Shown: positions 1-8,896, counted from the first letter of the stretch. The stretch: DNA of 14,001 bases from Gemmatimonadota bacterium (GCA_040389905.1 JAZJZK010000021.1:1-14001); one strand, 5' to 3'. Numbers and translations are program-made. The notes: a model not told the origin generated them from the sequence alone.

Positions 1-156
1 AAGGACGTAGTTGAAGGACGTAGTTGAAGGACGTAGTTGAAGGACGTAGTTGAAGGACGTAGTTGAGGGACGTAGTTGAAGGACGTAGTTGAAGGACGTA
101 GTTGAAGGACCGTAGTTCAAGGTCGTAGCTGAGGTCGTAGGTGAAGGTCCTAGTCG
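1..156. repeat. 13-bp tandem repeat array (AAGGACGTAGTTG)n, truncated by the left window edge
   Basis: Eight units at 1-104 (one substitution, in unit 6: AGGGACGTAGTTG). Four degenerating units follow: AAGGACCGTAGTTC, AAGGTCGTAGCTG, AGGTCGTAGGTG, AAGGTCCTAGTCG. No spacers. Confidence 0.97.
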
Positions 157-273
157 GAGCGAAGGGGCCCGCACCCGCACCCGGAGAAGGCTGTCCCTAT
201 TCGCGGCGTGCCGTGGGCAGTAGAATCTGAGACCTGATTCTTCATCGGCGCCCCTCGAGTACGGACAACCCGA

Positions 274-2205
274 ATGCTTCGTCGAACAACCATCTCGCTC
301 GCATTGCTCGCGGGCATTGCGCAACTGGCAAGCGCACAGCAAAAGGTGCCGGTCGCCGGCCCACTCAAGGTCGACCCCGTCGCCTCGGTCCCCAAGCTGG
401 CGCCGCTCATCACGAAAGACGAAAGCGACCTCACGTCGGTGGTCGAACGCTTCTCTGCTGACGAGAACTCCATCTCGCGTCGGTACGATGCGACCGACTC
501 CCCCGAACGGCGAAAGCGGCTGCGCACGTTCAACGAAACATGGCGTGCCCGCCTCAAGGAATTGGACTTCGACAAGCTCAATCTTGAAGGCCGCGCCGAC
601 TATGTGCTACTCGATAATCATCTCAAGCACCAAATCGCGGAGCTCGACCGGCAGGACAAGAAGCGCAACGAAACCGCGCCCCTCCTACCATTCGCGGACA
701 ACCTACTCGCACTTCAGGACACTCGCCGCAATCTGATCAGCGTCGATCCCCCGGCGTCGGCGAGGGCGCTCGCTCAGGTGACCAAGCAGGTCGATAGCAT
801 GCGCGCGCTGTTCGAGACGCAGGGGGGTGGCCGCGGCGCGAGCAACGCGACGGCGGACAGCGGTGCGCGTCCGCGTGCCATGGCGCCCAAGGTCTCGCGT
901 ACCATTGCCAATCGCGCTGCCGACAATGTCGATCAGGTACGCGCGGTCGTTACCAACTGGTATCGCTATTACGACGGCTACGATCCGCTCTTCTCCTGGT
1001 GGACCAAGTCGCCGTATGCGAGACTCGATTCGGCGCTCAACCGTTATGCGCGCACACTCCGCGAGCGCGTCGTCGGTATTCCTGCGCAGACGCTCGCCGC
1101 GAACGCTGGACGCGGGGGCGGTGGCCCCGGTGCCGGCGCAGGCCGCGCCGACGATGGTCCCATCATCGGAGATCCCATCGGCGCCGACGGACTCGCCGAG
1201 GATCTCGCGCACGAGATGATTCCCTATACGCCCGCTGAATTGATCGCGATTGCCGAGCGCGAATATGCCTTCTCCCTCAGTGAGGTGAAGAAAGCAGCAC
1301 GGCAACTCGGCTTCGGCGACGATTGGCACGCCGCGATGGAGAAAGTGAAACAGACGTACGTCGAGCCAGGAAAACAGCCGGACATCATTCGCGACCTCGC
1401 GCGCCAGGCCGAGGCGTATTTCGATGCGCATGACTGGGTGACGATCCCACCGCTCGCCAAGGAAGATTGGCGAATGGAAATGCTCAGCCCCGATCGCCAG
1501 AAAGTCAGCCCGTTCTTCCTCGGCGGTGAGTCGATTCTCGTGTCCTATCCAACGGCCGAGATGACGGAAGAGGACAAGGCAATGAGCATGCGCGGTAACA
1601 ATCCGCACTTCTCGCACGCGACGGTCTTTCACGAGCTCAACCCGGGACACCACCTGCAAGGCTTCATGCAGGCGCGGTACAACCAGCATCGCCGCCTGTT
1701 CGGCACGCCCTTCTGGAACGAAGGACAGTCGCTCTACTGGGAGATGTTCGTCTGGGACAAGGGATTCCACGCGAGCGCAGAGGACCGTATTGGCGCGCTG
1801 TTCTGGCGCATGCACCGGAGCGCGCGAATCATCTTCTCCCTCAACTTCCACATGGGGAAGATGACGCCAGACCAGGCGATTCAATTCCTCGTGGACACCG
1901 TGGGATTCGAACGTGCGAACGCGGAAGGCGAAGTGCGTCGCTCCTTCAACGGCAGCTATTCACCGCTCTACCAGGCAGGCTACATGCTCGGCGGGCTGCA
2001 ACTTCGCGCGCTGCATCACGAGCTCGTGGACACCAAGAAGATGACCGAGCGTGAGTTCCACGATGCCGTCCTTCAGGGTGGCGCCATGCCGATCGCAATG
2101 GTGCGAGCGCGCCTGTCGAAGATGTCATACGGCCGCGAAGGTCCGCCGGCTTGGCGCTTCGCCGAGCAGTTGCCTCCGCCAATTCCGTGGCCCGGCGGTC
2201 GCTGA
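274..2205 (+). CDS. DUF885-family protein, secreted (putative metallopeptidase-like)
   Basis: 643-aa ORF with a signal peptide (MLRRTTISLALLAGIAQLASA|QQ). It has the family-like HELNPGHHLQ motif, a downstream WNEG, and a C-terminal YQAGYMLGGLQLRAL...EFHDAVL segment typical of DUF885. Confidence 0.85.
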   Translation: MLRRTTISLALLAGIAQLASAQQKVPVAGPLKVDPVASVPKLAPLITKDESDLTSVVERFSADENSISRRYDATDSPERRKRLRTFNETWRARLKELDFDKLNLEGRADYVLLDNHLKHQIAELDRQDKKRNETAPLLPFADNLLALQDTRRNLISVDPPASARALAQVTKQVDSMRALFETQGGGRGASNATADSGARPRAMAPKVSRTIANRAADNVDQVRAVVTNWYRYYDGYDPLFSWWTKSPYARLDSALNRYARTLRERVVGIPAQTLAANAGRGGGGPGAGAGRADDGPIIGDPIGADGLAEDLAHEMIPYTPAELIAIAEREYAFSLSEVKKAARQLGFGDDWHAAMEKVKQTYVEPGKQPDIIRDLARQAEAYFDAHDWVTIPPLAKEDWRMEMLSPDRQKVSPFFLGGESILVSYPTAEMTEEDKAMSMRGNNPHFSHATVFHELNPGHHLQGFMQARYNQHRRLFGTPFWNEGQSLYWEMFVWDKGFHASAEDRIGALFWRMHRSARIIFSLNFHMGKMTPDQAIQFLVDTVGFERANAEGEVRRSFNGSYSPLYQAGYMLGGLQLRALHHELVDTKKMTEREFHDAVLQGGAMPIAMVRARLSKMSYGREGPPAWRFAEQLPPPIPWPGGR

Positions 2206-2292
2206 CAAAGTGGTCGGTGCAACGGATTCCGCTTTCCCGTAGTCCTATGACAGTGCCGCTGTTGACGTTCGCTTTCTGCCTATCCCCCTCCA

Positions 2293-4329
2293 ATGCGATT
2301 CACTCATAAATCCCTCGCGGTGCTCGTCTCGGCCGTCCTCATCGGCTGCACGATGAAAGACGTTCCGCCGCGAGAAGATTTCCTCGCCGCCAATATGAAC
2401 AAGGCCGTCGACCCCGGCGTGGACTTCTTCGAGTACGCCAATGGCGGGTGGCTCAAGAAGAATCCGATTCCGGCCTCGGAATCGAACTGGGGTATCGGCA
2501 AGGTCGTTCGCGAGCAGCTCTATCTGAACCTGCGGAAGACGAATGAGCAGGCAGCCACGGGCTCGCATCCCGCTGGAAGCGATGAGCAGAAGATTGCGGA
2601 TTTCTGGGCGACGGCGATGGATACCGTCAAGGCCGAAGAGGTCGGCGTCCATCCGCTCGACGCCCTGCTCGCCCGCATCGATAAGATCGCGACGCCGAAG
2701 GACGCCATCGATGCGGTTTTCGAGATGCGGCCGCTCAGCATCGGCGCGCTGTACAGTATTTCTGTCGACCAGGACGAGAAGGCCAGCAACGAGATGACCA
2801 TCCATCTCTGGCAAGACGGGCTTGGCCTGCCCGACCGCGACTACTACTTCAACACCGATACGGGTGTCGTGCGCACGCGCGCGGAGTACGTGGCGCACAT
2901 GTCCCGGATGTTGCGTCTGCTGGGTCGCGATTCCGTGAGTGCGACAACGGGAGCCCAGAACGTCCTGGCCTTCGAGACCGCGCTCGCCAAGTCGTCGCGC
3001 AAGCTCGAGGATCTCCGTGATCCGCAGGCGAACTACAACAAGATGACCCCCGCTGAGGTCACGTCGAAGCTCACGCCATCGATCAATTGGACCGAACGGC
3101 TCGGCGAGTGGAAGCTGCATCCCGCCAACGTCGTCGTCGGCCAGCCGGAGTTCTATTCGGCGACGGAAAAGCTCGTTGCGACGACGCCGGTGCCAGTCCT
3201 CCAGGACTATCTGCGCCTTCGCCTCGTGGAGAGCTACGCCGCATATCTCAGCCGTGCGATCGACAAGGAGCACTTCTCGTTCTACGGCACGGTCTTGAAC
3301 GGGCAGAAGGAGCAGCGCCTCCGCTGGAAGCGCGTACTCGACGCGCAAGACGGCGCCATGGGCATGGTGCTCGGCCGCATCTTCGTGAAGGAATACTTCC
3401 CCGAGACGGCGAAGAAGCGGTACGTCAACCTCGTGGACGCCATTCGCGAATCGTACCGCGATCGCATCAACAAGCTGGATTGGATGAGCGATGCGACGAA
3501 GGCAAAAGCCCTGCAGAAGCTCGCTGCCATCACGCCGAAGGTCGGCTATCCCGACAAGTGGAAGGACTACTCGGCGCTCGTGATCGGGCGCGAATCGTAT
3601 GCGACGAACATGATGAACGCAGCGCAGTGGGCGTTCAACGACATGATCTCGAAATACGGCAAGCCCGTGGATCGCACGGAATGGACCATGACGCCGCAGA
3701 CGTACAACGCGTACTACAACCCATCGAACAACGAGATCGTGCTCCCCGCGGCGATCTTCACGATCATGGGTGTGACGGATGATCAGGTGGATGATGCCGT
3801 CGTGTACGGGTATGCCGGTGCGTCGACCATCGGCCACGAGATCACGCACGGCTTCGACGACCAGGGCCGACAGTTCGACGCCGCCGGCAATCTCACCGAT
3901 TGGTGGACGAAGGACGACGCGACGAAATTCGAACAGCGGTCGCAGGTGATGGTCAAGCAGTTCAGCGCCTATGAACCACTGCCTGGGCTGCACATCAACG
4001 GCAAGGCGAGTCTCGGCGAGAACATCGCCGACTACGGCGGCATCATGCTCGGCCTCGACGCCTTCAAGAAGACCGAGCAGTACAAGAGCGGCAAGCTGAT
4101 TGGCGGCCTGACACCGACGCAGCGCTACTTCATGGGCTATGCGATTGGCTGGCTCTCGCAGGAGCGAGATGCGGCGCTACGCCAAGGCCTGTTGAGTGAC
4201 GTTCATGCGCCGGCGAAATGGCGTGTGCTGGGCCCGATGGCAAACATTCCGGAGTTCTACGAAGCGTTCGGTGTAAAGCAGGGACAGCCGATGTGGAGGG
4301 CGGAGGCCGATCGGGTGCGAATCTGGTAG
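2293..4329 (+). CDS. M13 family (neprilysin/PepO-like) zinc metalloendopeptidase, probable lipoprotein
   Basis: 678 aa. Motifs: DPGVDFFEYANGGW, NAYYNP, HEITH (HExxH) followed by GFDDQG, ENIAD third-ligand motif, and DVHAP. The N-terminus has a lipobox-like LIG|C. Confidence 0.96.
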   Translation: MRFTHKSLAVLVSAVLIGCTMKDVPPREDFLAANMNKAVDPGVDFFEYANGGWLKKNPIPASESNWGIGKVVREQLYLNLRKTNEQAATGSHPAGSDEQKIADFWATAMDTVKAEEVGVHPLDALLARIDKIATPKDAIDAVFEMRPLSIGALYSISVDQDEKASNEMTIHLWQDGLGLPDRDYYFNTDTGVVRTRAEYVAHMSRMLRLLGRDSVSATTGAQNVLAFETALAKSSRKLEDLRDPQANYNKMTPAEVTSKLTPSINWTERLGEWKLHPANVVVGQPEFYSATEKLVATTPVPVLQDYLRLRLVESYAAYLSRAIDKEHFSFYGTVLNGQKEQRLRWKRVLDAQDGAMGMVLGRIFVKEYFPETAKKRYVNLVDAIRESYRDRINKLDWMSDATKAKALQKLAAITPKVGYPDKWKDYSALVIGRESYATNMMNAAQWAFNDMISKYGKPVDRTEWTMTPQTYNAYYNPSNNEIVLPAAIFTIMGVTDDQVDDAVVYGYAGASTIGHEITHGFDDQGRQFDAAGNLTDWWTKDDATKFEQRSQVMVKQFSAYEPLPGLHINGKASLGENIADYGGIMLGLDAFKKTEQYKSGKLIGGLTPTQRYFMGYAIGWLSQERDAALRQGLLSDVHAPAKWRVLGPMANIPEFYEAFGVKQGQPMWRAEADRVRIW

Positions 4330-4377
4330 TGCGCCTGAATGGCTTCAGCCTCCGAGCATAGAACAGCAACCGACTTC

Positions 4378-4542
4378 ACCGCAGAGGGCGCAGAGGAGCA
4401 GAGGAACGCAGAGGAAAAGCGTAATGGCACGTGAACGTGGCGCTGTTCCGCTCGTTTTGTCGCCCTGAGTAAAGCGAAGGGCCTGCACCTTTTTAGTCTT
4501 GTTTTCCTCTGCATTCCTCTGCGCCTCTGCGCCCTCTGCGGT
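4378..4542. repeat. Long inverted-repeat element: 41-bp arms (4378-4418 / 4502-4542), each built from four GCAGAGG cores
   Basis: Left arm ACCGCAGAGGGCGCAGAGGAGCAGAGGAACGCAGAGGAAAA matches the reverse complement of the right arm at 39/41. The loop is 83 bp. It lies between the convergent M13 and zwf genes. Confidence 0.95.
4458..4488 (+). repeat. TGTC-tagged REP-like hairpin nested in the loop of the 4378-4542 element
   Basis: TGTCGCCCTGAGTAAAGCGAAGGGCCTGCAC aligns with TGTCATCCCGAGCGAAGTCGAGGGATCTGCAC (13862-13893) at 23/32. Stem GCCCT/AGGGC. Confidence 0.75.
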
Positions 4543-4599
4543 AAAAAGCGCGACCCCAGTGTGCGTGACACGGAGTCGCGAAAAGGTGAACCGACGCCG

Positions 4600-6207
4600 T
4601 TACGGCATTCTCCACCGCGCCCCATCCAATGATATCAACCGATCCGCCTCGGCCGGCCCCCAACTACCCGCGGGATACGTTGGCATCGGACTCGCCGCAT
4701 GCTGGTCCCAATAGTGGAGCAGAGGGTCGATGATCTTCCACGCCGCCTCCACCTCATCGCTCCGCGTGAACAACGTCATCTCACCAATCATCACATCCAA
4801 CAAGAGCGTCTCATACGCCGTCGCAGCGGTTTCCCCGAACGCCTCCGAATAGCTGAAGTCCATATCCACCGGCGCCACCTCGAGATGCTGCGTCAGCGCC
4901 ACGGCTGCGCCGGGCACCTTTACCTCGAAGTTCAACGACACGCCTTCGTTCGGCTGCACGCGGAGCACCAGGGTATTCGGCTGTAATTCGCGACCCGCGC
5001 CCTCGCCGCCGAACATCAGATGCGGCGGCGACTGGAACTGCACCGCGATCTCCGAATGCCGCTTCGCCATGCGCTTTCCGCTGCGCAGGTAGAACGGCAC
5101 GCCCTTCCAGCGCCAGTTGTCGATGTGAAAGCGTGCGGCCGCATACGTGGGCGTCTGCGAGTCGGGCGCCACGTCCGGCTCCGCACGATAGCCCGACACC
5201 AGATTCCCCTTCACTGCGCCGGCCGAATACTGCGCGCGCACGGCGCTCGTCGGGATAGCCTCCGGCGTCAGCCACCTGATCGACTTCAACACCTTCACCT
5301 TTTCGTCACGCACCGCATCCGCGGTCATCGACGCAGGCGGTTCCATGGCCGTCAGCGCGAGCAACTGCATGAGATGGTTCTGGAACATGTCGCGGACCAC
5401 ACCAGCTTCCTCATAGTACTTGCCGCGCGCTTCGACGCCGACCGCTTCCGCCGCCGTGATCTGCACGTGCGAGATCCAGCGCCGGTTCCAGAGCGGCTCG
5501 AAAATCGAATTGGCAAAACGGAGGACGAGCACGTTCTGCACCGTTTCCTTCCCGAGGAAGTGATCGATGCGATACACCTGGTGCTCGGCGAAGAGCGAGA
5601 GGACGAGCGCGTTCAGCGAACAGGCCGTGTCGAGACTGTGCCCGAACGGCTTCTCGACGACGACACGTGCCCACGGGCGTTCGTGCGGATCGGCGTGCCT
5701 CGGCACCAACCCGCTTGTCGAGAGATGCCGCACGATGGTTTCGAAGACACTCGGCGGAACGGCCAGGTAGAAGAACCGGTTCCGCGCTCCCTCGGCGCGC
5801 GAATGCTCGATCTCCGCCAGACGCGCCTTGATGCCATCATACGCTGCCTCATCGCTCGCGTCGCCGCCGGTATAAAACACACGCTGTGCGAGCGACTGCC
5901 ACACCATCTCGTCGAAGTGCTTCACTTCCTCGGATTCGCCGAGTGCGGCGCGCATTTTCTCGCGAAAGCTCTCGTCCGTTTCAGATGCCTCTCGGCCCAC
6001 TGCCAGCACCGAAAAGCCCGGCGCGAGGAGGTGCTCCGCCGCCAATGAGTACAGCGCTGGGAAAAGCTTTCGCTTGGTCAGGTCACCGGTCGCACCAAAG
6101 ATGACCATCGTGCACGGATCGGCACGCTCGGAGCTTCCCACGGCGCCGAACTGGCTGGTCGCTCTCGGGTTCGGCTTTGTGGTAGCGGTCGTCGCGGAAT
6201 TGATCAT
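4600..6207 (-). CDS. zwf: Glucose-6-phosphate 1-dehydrogenase
   Basis: 535 aa. Motifs: IFGATGDL dinucleotide-binding motif, FYLAVPP, VVEKPFG, RIDHFLGKE active-site peptide, RDMFQNHL, RWKGVPFYLRSGK and YPAGSWGP. The exact start is less certain. Confidence 0.97.
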   Translation of the reverse strand: MINSATTATTKPNPRATSQFGAVGSSERADPCTMVIFGATGDLTKRKLFPALYSLAAEHLLAPGFSVLAVGREASETDESFREKMRAALGESEEVKHFDEMVWQSLAQRVFYTGGDASDEAAYDGIKARLAEIEHSRAEGARNRFFYLAVPPSVFETIVRHLSTSGLVPRHADPHERPWARVVVEKPFGHSLDTACSLNALVLSLFAEHQVYRIDHFLGKETVQNVLVLRFANSIFEPLWNRRWISHVQITAAEAVGVEARGKYYEEAGVVRDMFQNHLMQLLALTAMEPPASMTADAVRDEKVKVLKSIRWLTPEAIPTSAVRAQYSAGAVKGNLVSGYRAEPDVAPDSQTPTYAAARFHIDNWRWKGVPFYLRSGKRMAKRHSEIAVQFQSPPHLMFGGEGAGRELQPNTLVLRVQPNEGVSLNFEVKVPGAAVALTQHLEVAPVDMDFSYSEAFGETAATAYETLLLDVMIGEMTLFTRSDEVEAAWKIIDPLLHYWDQHAASPMPTYPAGSWGPAEADRLISLDGARWRMP

Positions 6208-6270
6208 GTCTCGCAGCGTACGGTGTTTGGTAACTCAGCGACCGTGAGTGTCTGAAACGAAAGCATTGGG

Positions 6271-6443
6271 GCACCGGCACATTGAACGCGGATTGAGCCG
6301 ATGGAAATGAAAAAAGTGATCAAGCAAAAAACAGAAATGATTGTTTCTTCGAAACTTCTGGCGAGATGCTTCTGTCTCACCTGACAGAAAAATCGGTGTT
6401 TTGCTGTTCCAATCCGCTCAATCCGCGTTCAATGTGCCGGCGC
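6271..6443. repeat. Inverted-repeat element with perfect 25-bp arms (6274-6298 / 6416-6440) around an AT-rich loop; MITE-like
   Basis: CCGGCACATTGAACGCGGATTGAGC is the exact reverse complement of GCTCAATCCGCGTTCAATGTGCCGG. Pairing extends imperfectly both inward and outward. An internal 7-bp hairpin TTCTGTC/GACAGAA lies at 6370-6389. Confidence 0.92.
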
Positions 6444-6487
6444 AAAAGAGTAGATACTGCACCTTGTACACAGGGCGAAAAGCGCTT

Positions 6488-7126
6488 TCATCCAACCAGC
6501 ACCGCTCTCGCTGGCGCGCCATCGATCGCTCCAACCTTGATCGGCAGGCACCGCAATTCGTAATTCCCCGCCGGCGGCTCCGAAAGCACCAATCCTTCTA
6601 TGATGATGACGCCGTTTTCCAACAGGGTCCGATGGGTCTTGTGATGTCCGGAGTGAAACTGCTCGACGGACAGGTAGTCGACGCCAACGAGCTGTACGCC
6701 CAGCGACACGAGATACGCAGCGCCATCTGGCGCCACGTACGTGTAGTCGCGATGAAACTCCGTGCTCCCGCTCGCGAGCCACGCAGAGTTCTTCGTCTTG
6801 AACAGCACGCGCGTAACGCCGCTGAGATCGTGCGCGCGTAACTCGGCTTCGCCGATGCTGGCCACCGAATCCTCGAATGCGATCAGCCGCGCAGGCCCCA
6901 TCAGCACGTCGAGTGACAACGCGTCCACGCCCGAACCATCGTCGAAGAAATGCTTCGGCGCATCGACATGCGTGCCGCTGTGCGCCCCGAACTCCAGTCG
7001 CGAGACGTTTGCGCCGTCACCCTGCGCCAGGGATTGTTGCGCCGTGATCGAAATCGGCGGATTACCCGGATAGATCAATCCACCGGTTCGCAGCGAAACG
7101 GACACATCGTAAATGCGTGGGCTCAT
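6488..7126 (-). CDS. Cyclase family metal-dependent hydrolase (kynurenine formamidase/KynB-like)
   Basis: 212 aa. HSGTHVDAPKHF matches the HxGTHxDxPxH signature. Also YPGNP, LVGVDYLSVE, HRTLLENGVIIIEGL and DGAPARAV. The substrate cannot be determined. Confidence 0.93.
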   Translation of the reverse strand: MSPRIYDVSVSLRTGGLIYPGNPPISITAQQSLAQGDGANVSRLEFGAHSGTHVDAPKHFFDDGSGVDALSLDVLMGPARLIAFEDSVASIGEAELRAHDLSGVTRVLFKTKNSAWLASGSTEFHRDYTYVAPDGAAYLVSLGVQLVGVDYLSVEQFHSGHHKTHRTLLENGVIIIEGLVLSEPPAGNYELRCLPIKVGAIDGAPARAVLVG

Positions 7127-7135
7127 CTCGTTCTC

Positions 7136-8896
7136 TTAAGTCTCGGGAAGTATTGCGCTCGTCACTCCATACCCACCCGCCGCGCGTACACCGGCGGCCA
7201 CCGTCCTGCGACCATCGTCCTGCGCCGACCGCAACGCACCACGCGCCGCCCTGAACCTGCGCCCCGATTCCACCACGAACAGGTCGCACAATGCCAGCTC
7301 GTGCGCGCATCCCTCTTCGCCGCGGGCCGCGAGCAACTGCTGCGTGCGCGCAATGACGCACGCAGTCGCGAACATCTCGACCGCCATGTCGCTCAATCGC
7401 TCGAGCTCCTGCTGCCGCTCGATGATCTCCTTGCGATAGTGACGAATGAGATCGTCAGCCCGTTCCTTGAGCTCCTGCACGTGTTTCTCGAAATGTCGTG
7501 CGTGTCCCTGAAGGCGCTCGTGCAACTCGACGTCGAGCGTCAGCGTCGCACCGAGGCGATCGGCGATGCGTGAGGCCGCGTACTCCGACAGCAACCCCAG
7601 GTTCTTGAGTGGATGCCGGAGCGCGGCGCCCAGTTCCTTGAGGTCCGCTGCCGGCCCCTCGATGCCGTTCAGCGCGATGAACAGTCGCAGAATCTCGTTC
7701 GTTCCCTCGAAAATCCGGTTGATCCGCGCGTCGCGCAGCATGCGTTCGTACGGATACGGCTTTACGAAGCCACGCCCTCCAGCGATCTGGACCATCTCGT
7801 CCGCCGCCCGCCACAGCATCTCGCTCGCAAAGACTTTGCAGCACGCCGCCTCGAGCGCGTACTCACCAGACGGTGAACTCGCGAGGCGCGTCAATTCGCC
7901 CAGCATCGCGTCGGACGCATAAATGTCCGTCGCTGTGCGGGCGAGCTTGCGTTGCGTGATCTCGAAGTCGGCGATTGGCTTGCCGAACTGGATCCGCGCT
8001 TCGGAGAACTCCACCATCTGCGTCAAAATGCGCTTCGTACCGGCAGTGCAGCCTGCGGCGAGCGTGAGGCGTCCGCCATTGAGTACGCGCACCGCGACGT
8101 CGAATCCCTTCCCGACCACACCCAACACATGATCCGCGGGCACCCGCATGTTCTCGTAGATCAACTCGGCCTGCGTCGATCCGCGAATGCCGAGTTTCCG
8201 AACGGTGCTCACCACCCGGAAGCCCTCCATATCGGGACGGATGATGAACGCCGTTGGGCGCATCACCATTGCTCCCTTTCGCTCCACTTCGGTCTGCGCG
8301 AACGTGGCAATGACGCCGGCGCGCTGCCCGTTGCCGATCCAGTGCTTGTGTCCGTTCAATGTCCAGGAGCCGTCGGCGTTGCGGCTCGCCTTCGACACGA
8401 CGTGCTGCGCGTCGGAGCCTGTCTCGGGTTCCGTCAGCGCGTACGCGGCGAGTGTCTCGCCCTTCGCGAGCATCGGCAGATAACGCGCCTTCTGCTCGTC
8501 ACTGCCGAAGAGCACGATGGCCTTTGCGCCCAGCCCGCAGTGCACGCCGACGAGGACGCCGAGCGATGGGTCGAGACTCGAGAGCGCACCGAACACGTGC
8601 GCGTACGCTGCTGGCGACAACCCGAGTCCGCCGTACTCGCGCGGAATCGACAGCGAGAGAAAGCCGGTGTCGGCCAGCGCGCGAACGACCTCTTCGGGAA
8701 CACCTTCCTCTTCGTCGAAGCGGGCAGGATCGATGAGCCCGCGCTGCATGCGCTCGAGCTCGGCCAGCAGGCGCCGCACCGTGCGCGTCTCTTCCGGATC
8801 CCGTTCGGCAAGCGATTCCGGGAACGGAAAGAGCAGGTCGTCGTGTATCGCGCCGGCGAAGATGCCTCGCACGAAGGAGGGGGCGTCATCGCTCAT
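7136..8896 (-). CDS. Acyl-CoA dehydrogenase, long (VLCAD/ACAD9-like) type
   Basis: Motifs: AYALTEPETGSDA, LNGHKHWIGNG, KLGIRGS, RIQFGKPI, QIAGGRGF, and RDARINRIFEGTNEI (catalytic Glu), plus a long C-terminal extension. Start moved to ATG 8896 (MSDDAPSFVRGIFAG, 586 aa) because the ORF-track extension to 9031 overlaps the divergent gene. Confidence 0.95.
   Translation of the reverse strand: MSDDAPSFVRGIFAGAIHDDLLFPFPESLAERDPEETRTVRRLLAELERMQRGLIDPARFDEEEGVPEEVVRALADTGFLSLSIPREYGGLGLSPAAYAHVFGALSSLDPSLGVLVGVHCGLGAKAIVLFGSDEQKARYLPMLAKGETLAAYALTEPETGSDAQHVVSKASRNADGSWTLNGHKHWIGNGQRAGVIATFAQTEVERKGAMVMRPTAFIIRPDMEGFRVVSTVRKLGIRGSTQAELIYENMRVPADHVLGVVGKGFDVAVRVLNGGRLTLAAGCTAGTKRILTQMVEFSEARIQFGKPIADFEITQRKLARTATDIYASDAMLGELTRLASSPSGEYALEAACCKVFASEMLWRAADEMVQIAGGRGFVKPYPYERMLRDARINRIFEGTNEILRLFIALNGIEGPAADLKELGAALRHPLKNLGLLSEYAASRIADRLGATLTLDVELHERLQGHARHFEKHVQELKERADDLIRHYRKEIIERQQELERLSDMAVEMFATACVIARTQQLLAARGEEGCAHELALCDLFVVESGRRFRAARGALRSAQDDGRRTVAAGVRAAGGYGVTSAILPET

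Noticed and set aside
1..156. CRISPR array, or a repetitive peptide (QLRPSTTSFNYVL)n on the minus strand
   Set aside because: Units are 13 bp and contiguous with no spacers, and there are no cas genes. The open minus-strand frames follow from the repeat's composition, with no supported start.
703..3993. Long antisense ORFs 703-1884 (393 aa) and 2245-3993 (582 aa)
   Set aside because: They lie opposite well-supported genes and have no recognisable motifs. They are typical shadow ORFs of high-GC codon usage.
4257..4714. Small ORFs 4257-4625 (-) and 4499-4714 (+) sharing FLCxSAPSAVKS
   Set aside because: The shared peptide is just the translation of the two arms of the inverted repeat.
5545..5572. 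zwf active-site peptide RIDHFLGKE instead of RIDHYLGKE
   Set aside because: A conservative variant. The catalytic Asp/His/Lys are intact, so there is no sign of altered function.
6208..6270. Possible riboswitch in the zwf leader
   Set aside because: I recognised no known riboswitch consensus by eye. An Rfam scan would be needed to exclude one.
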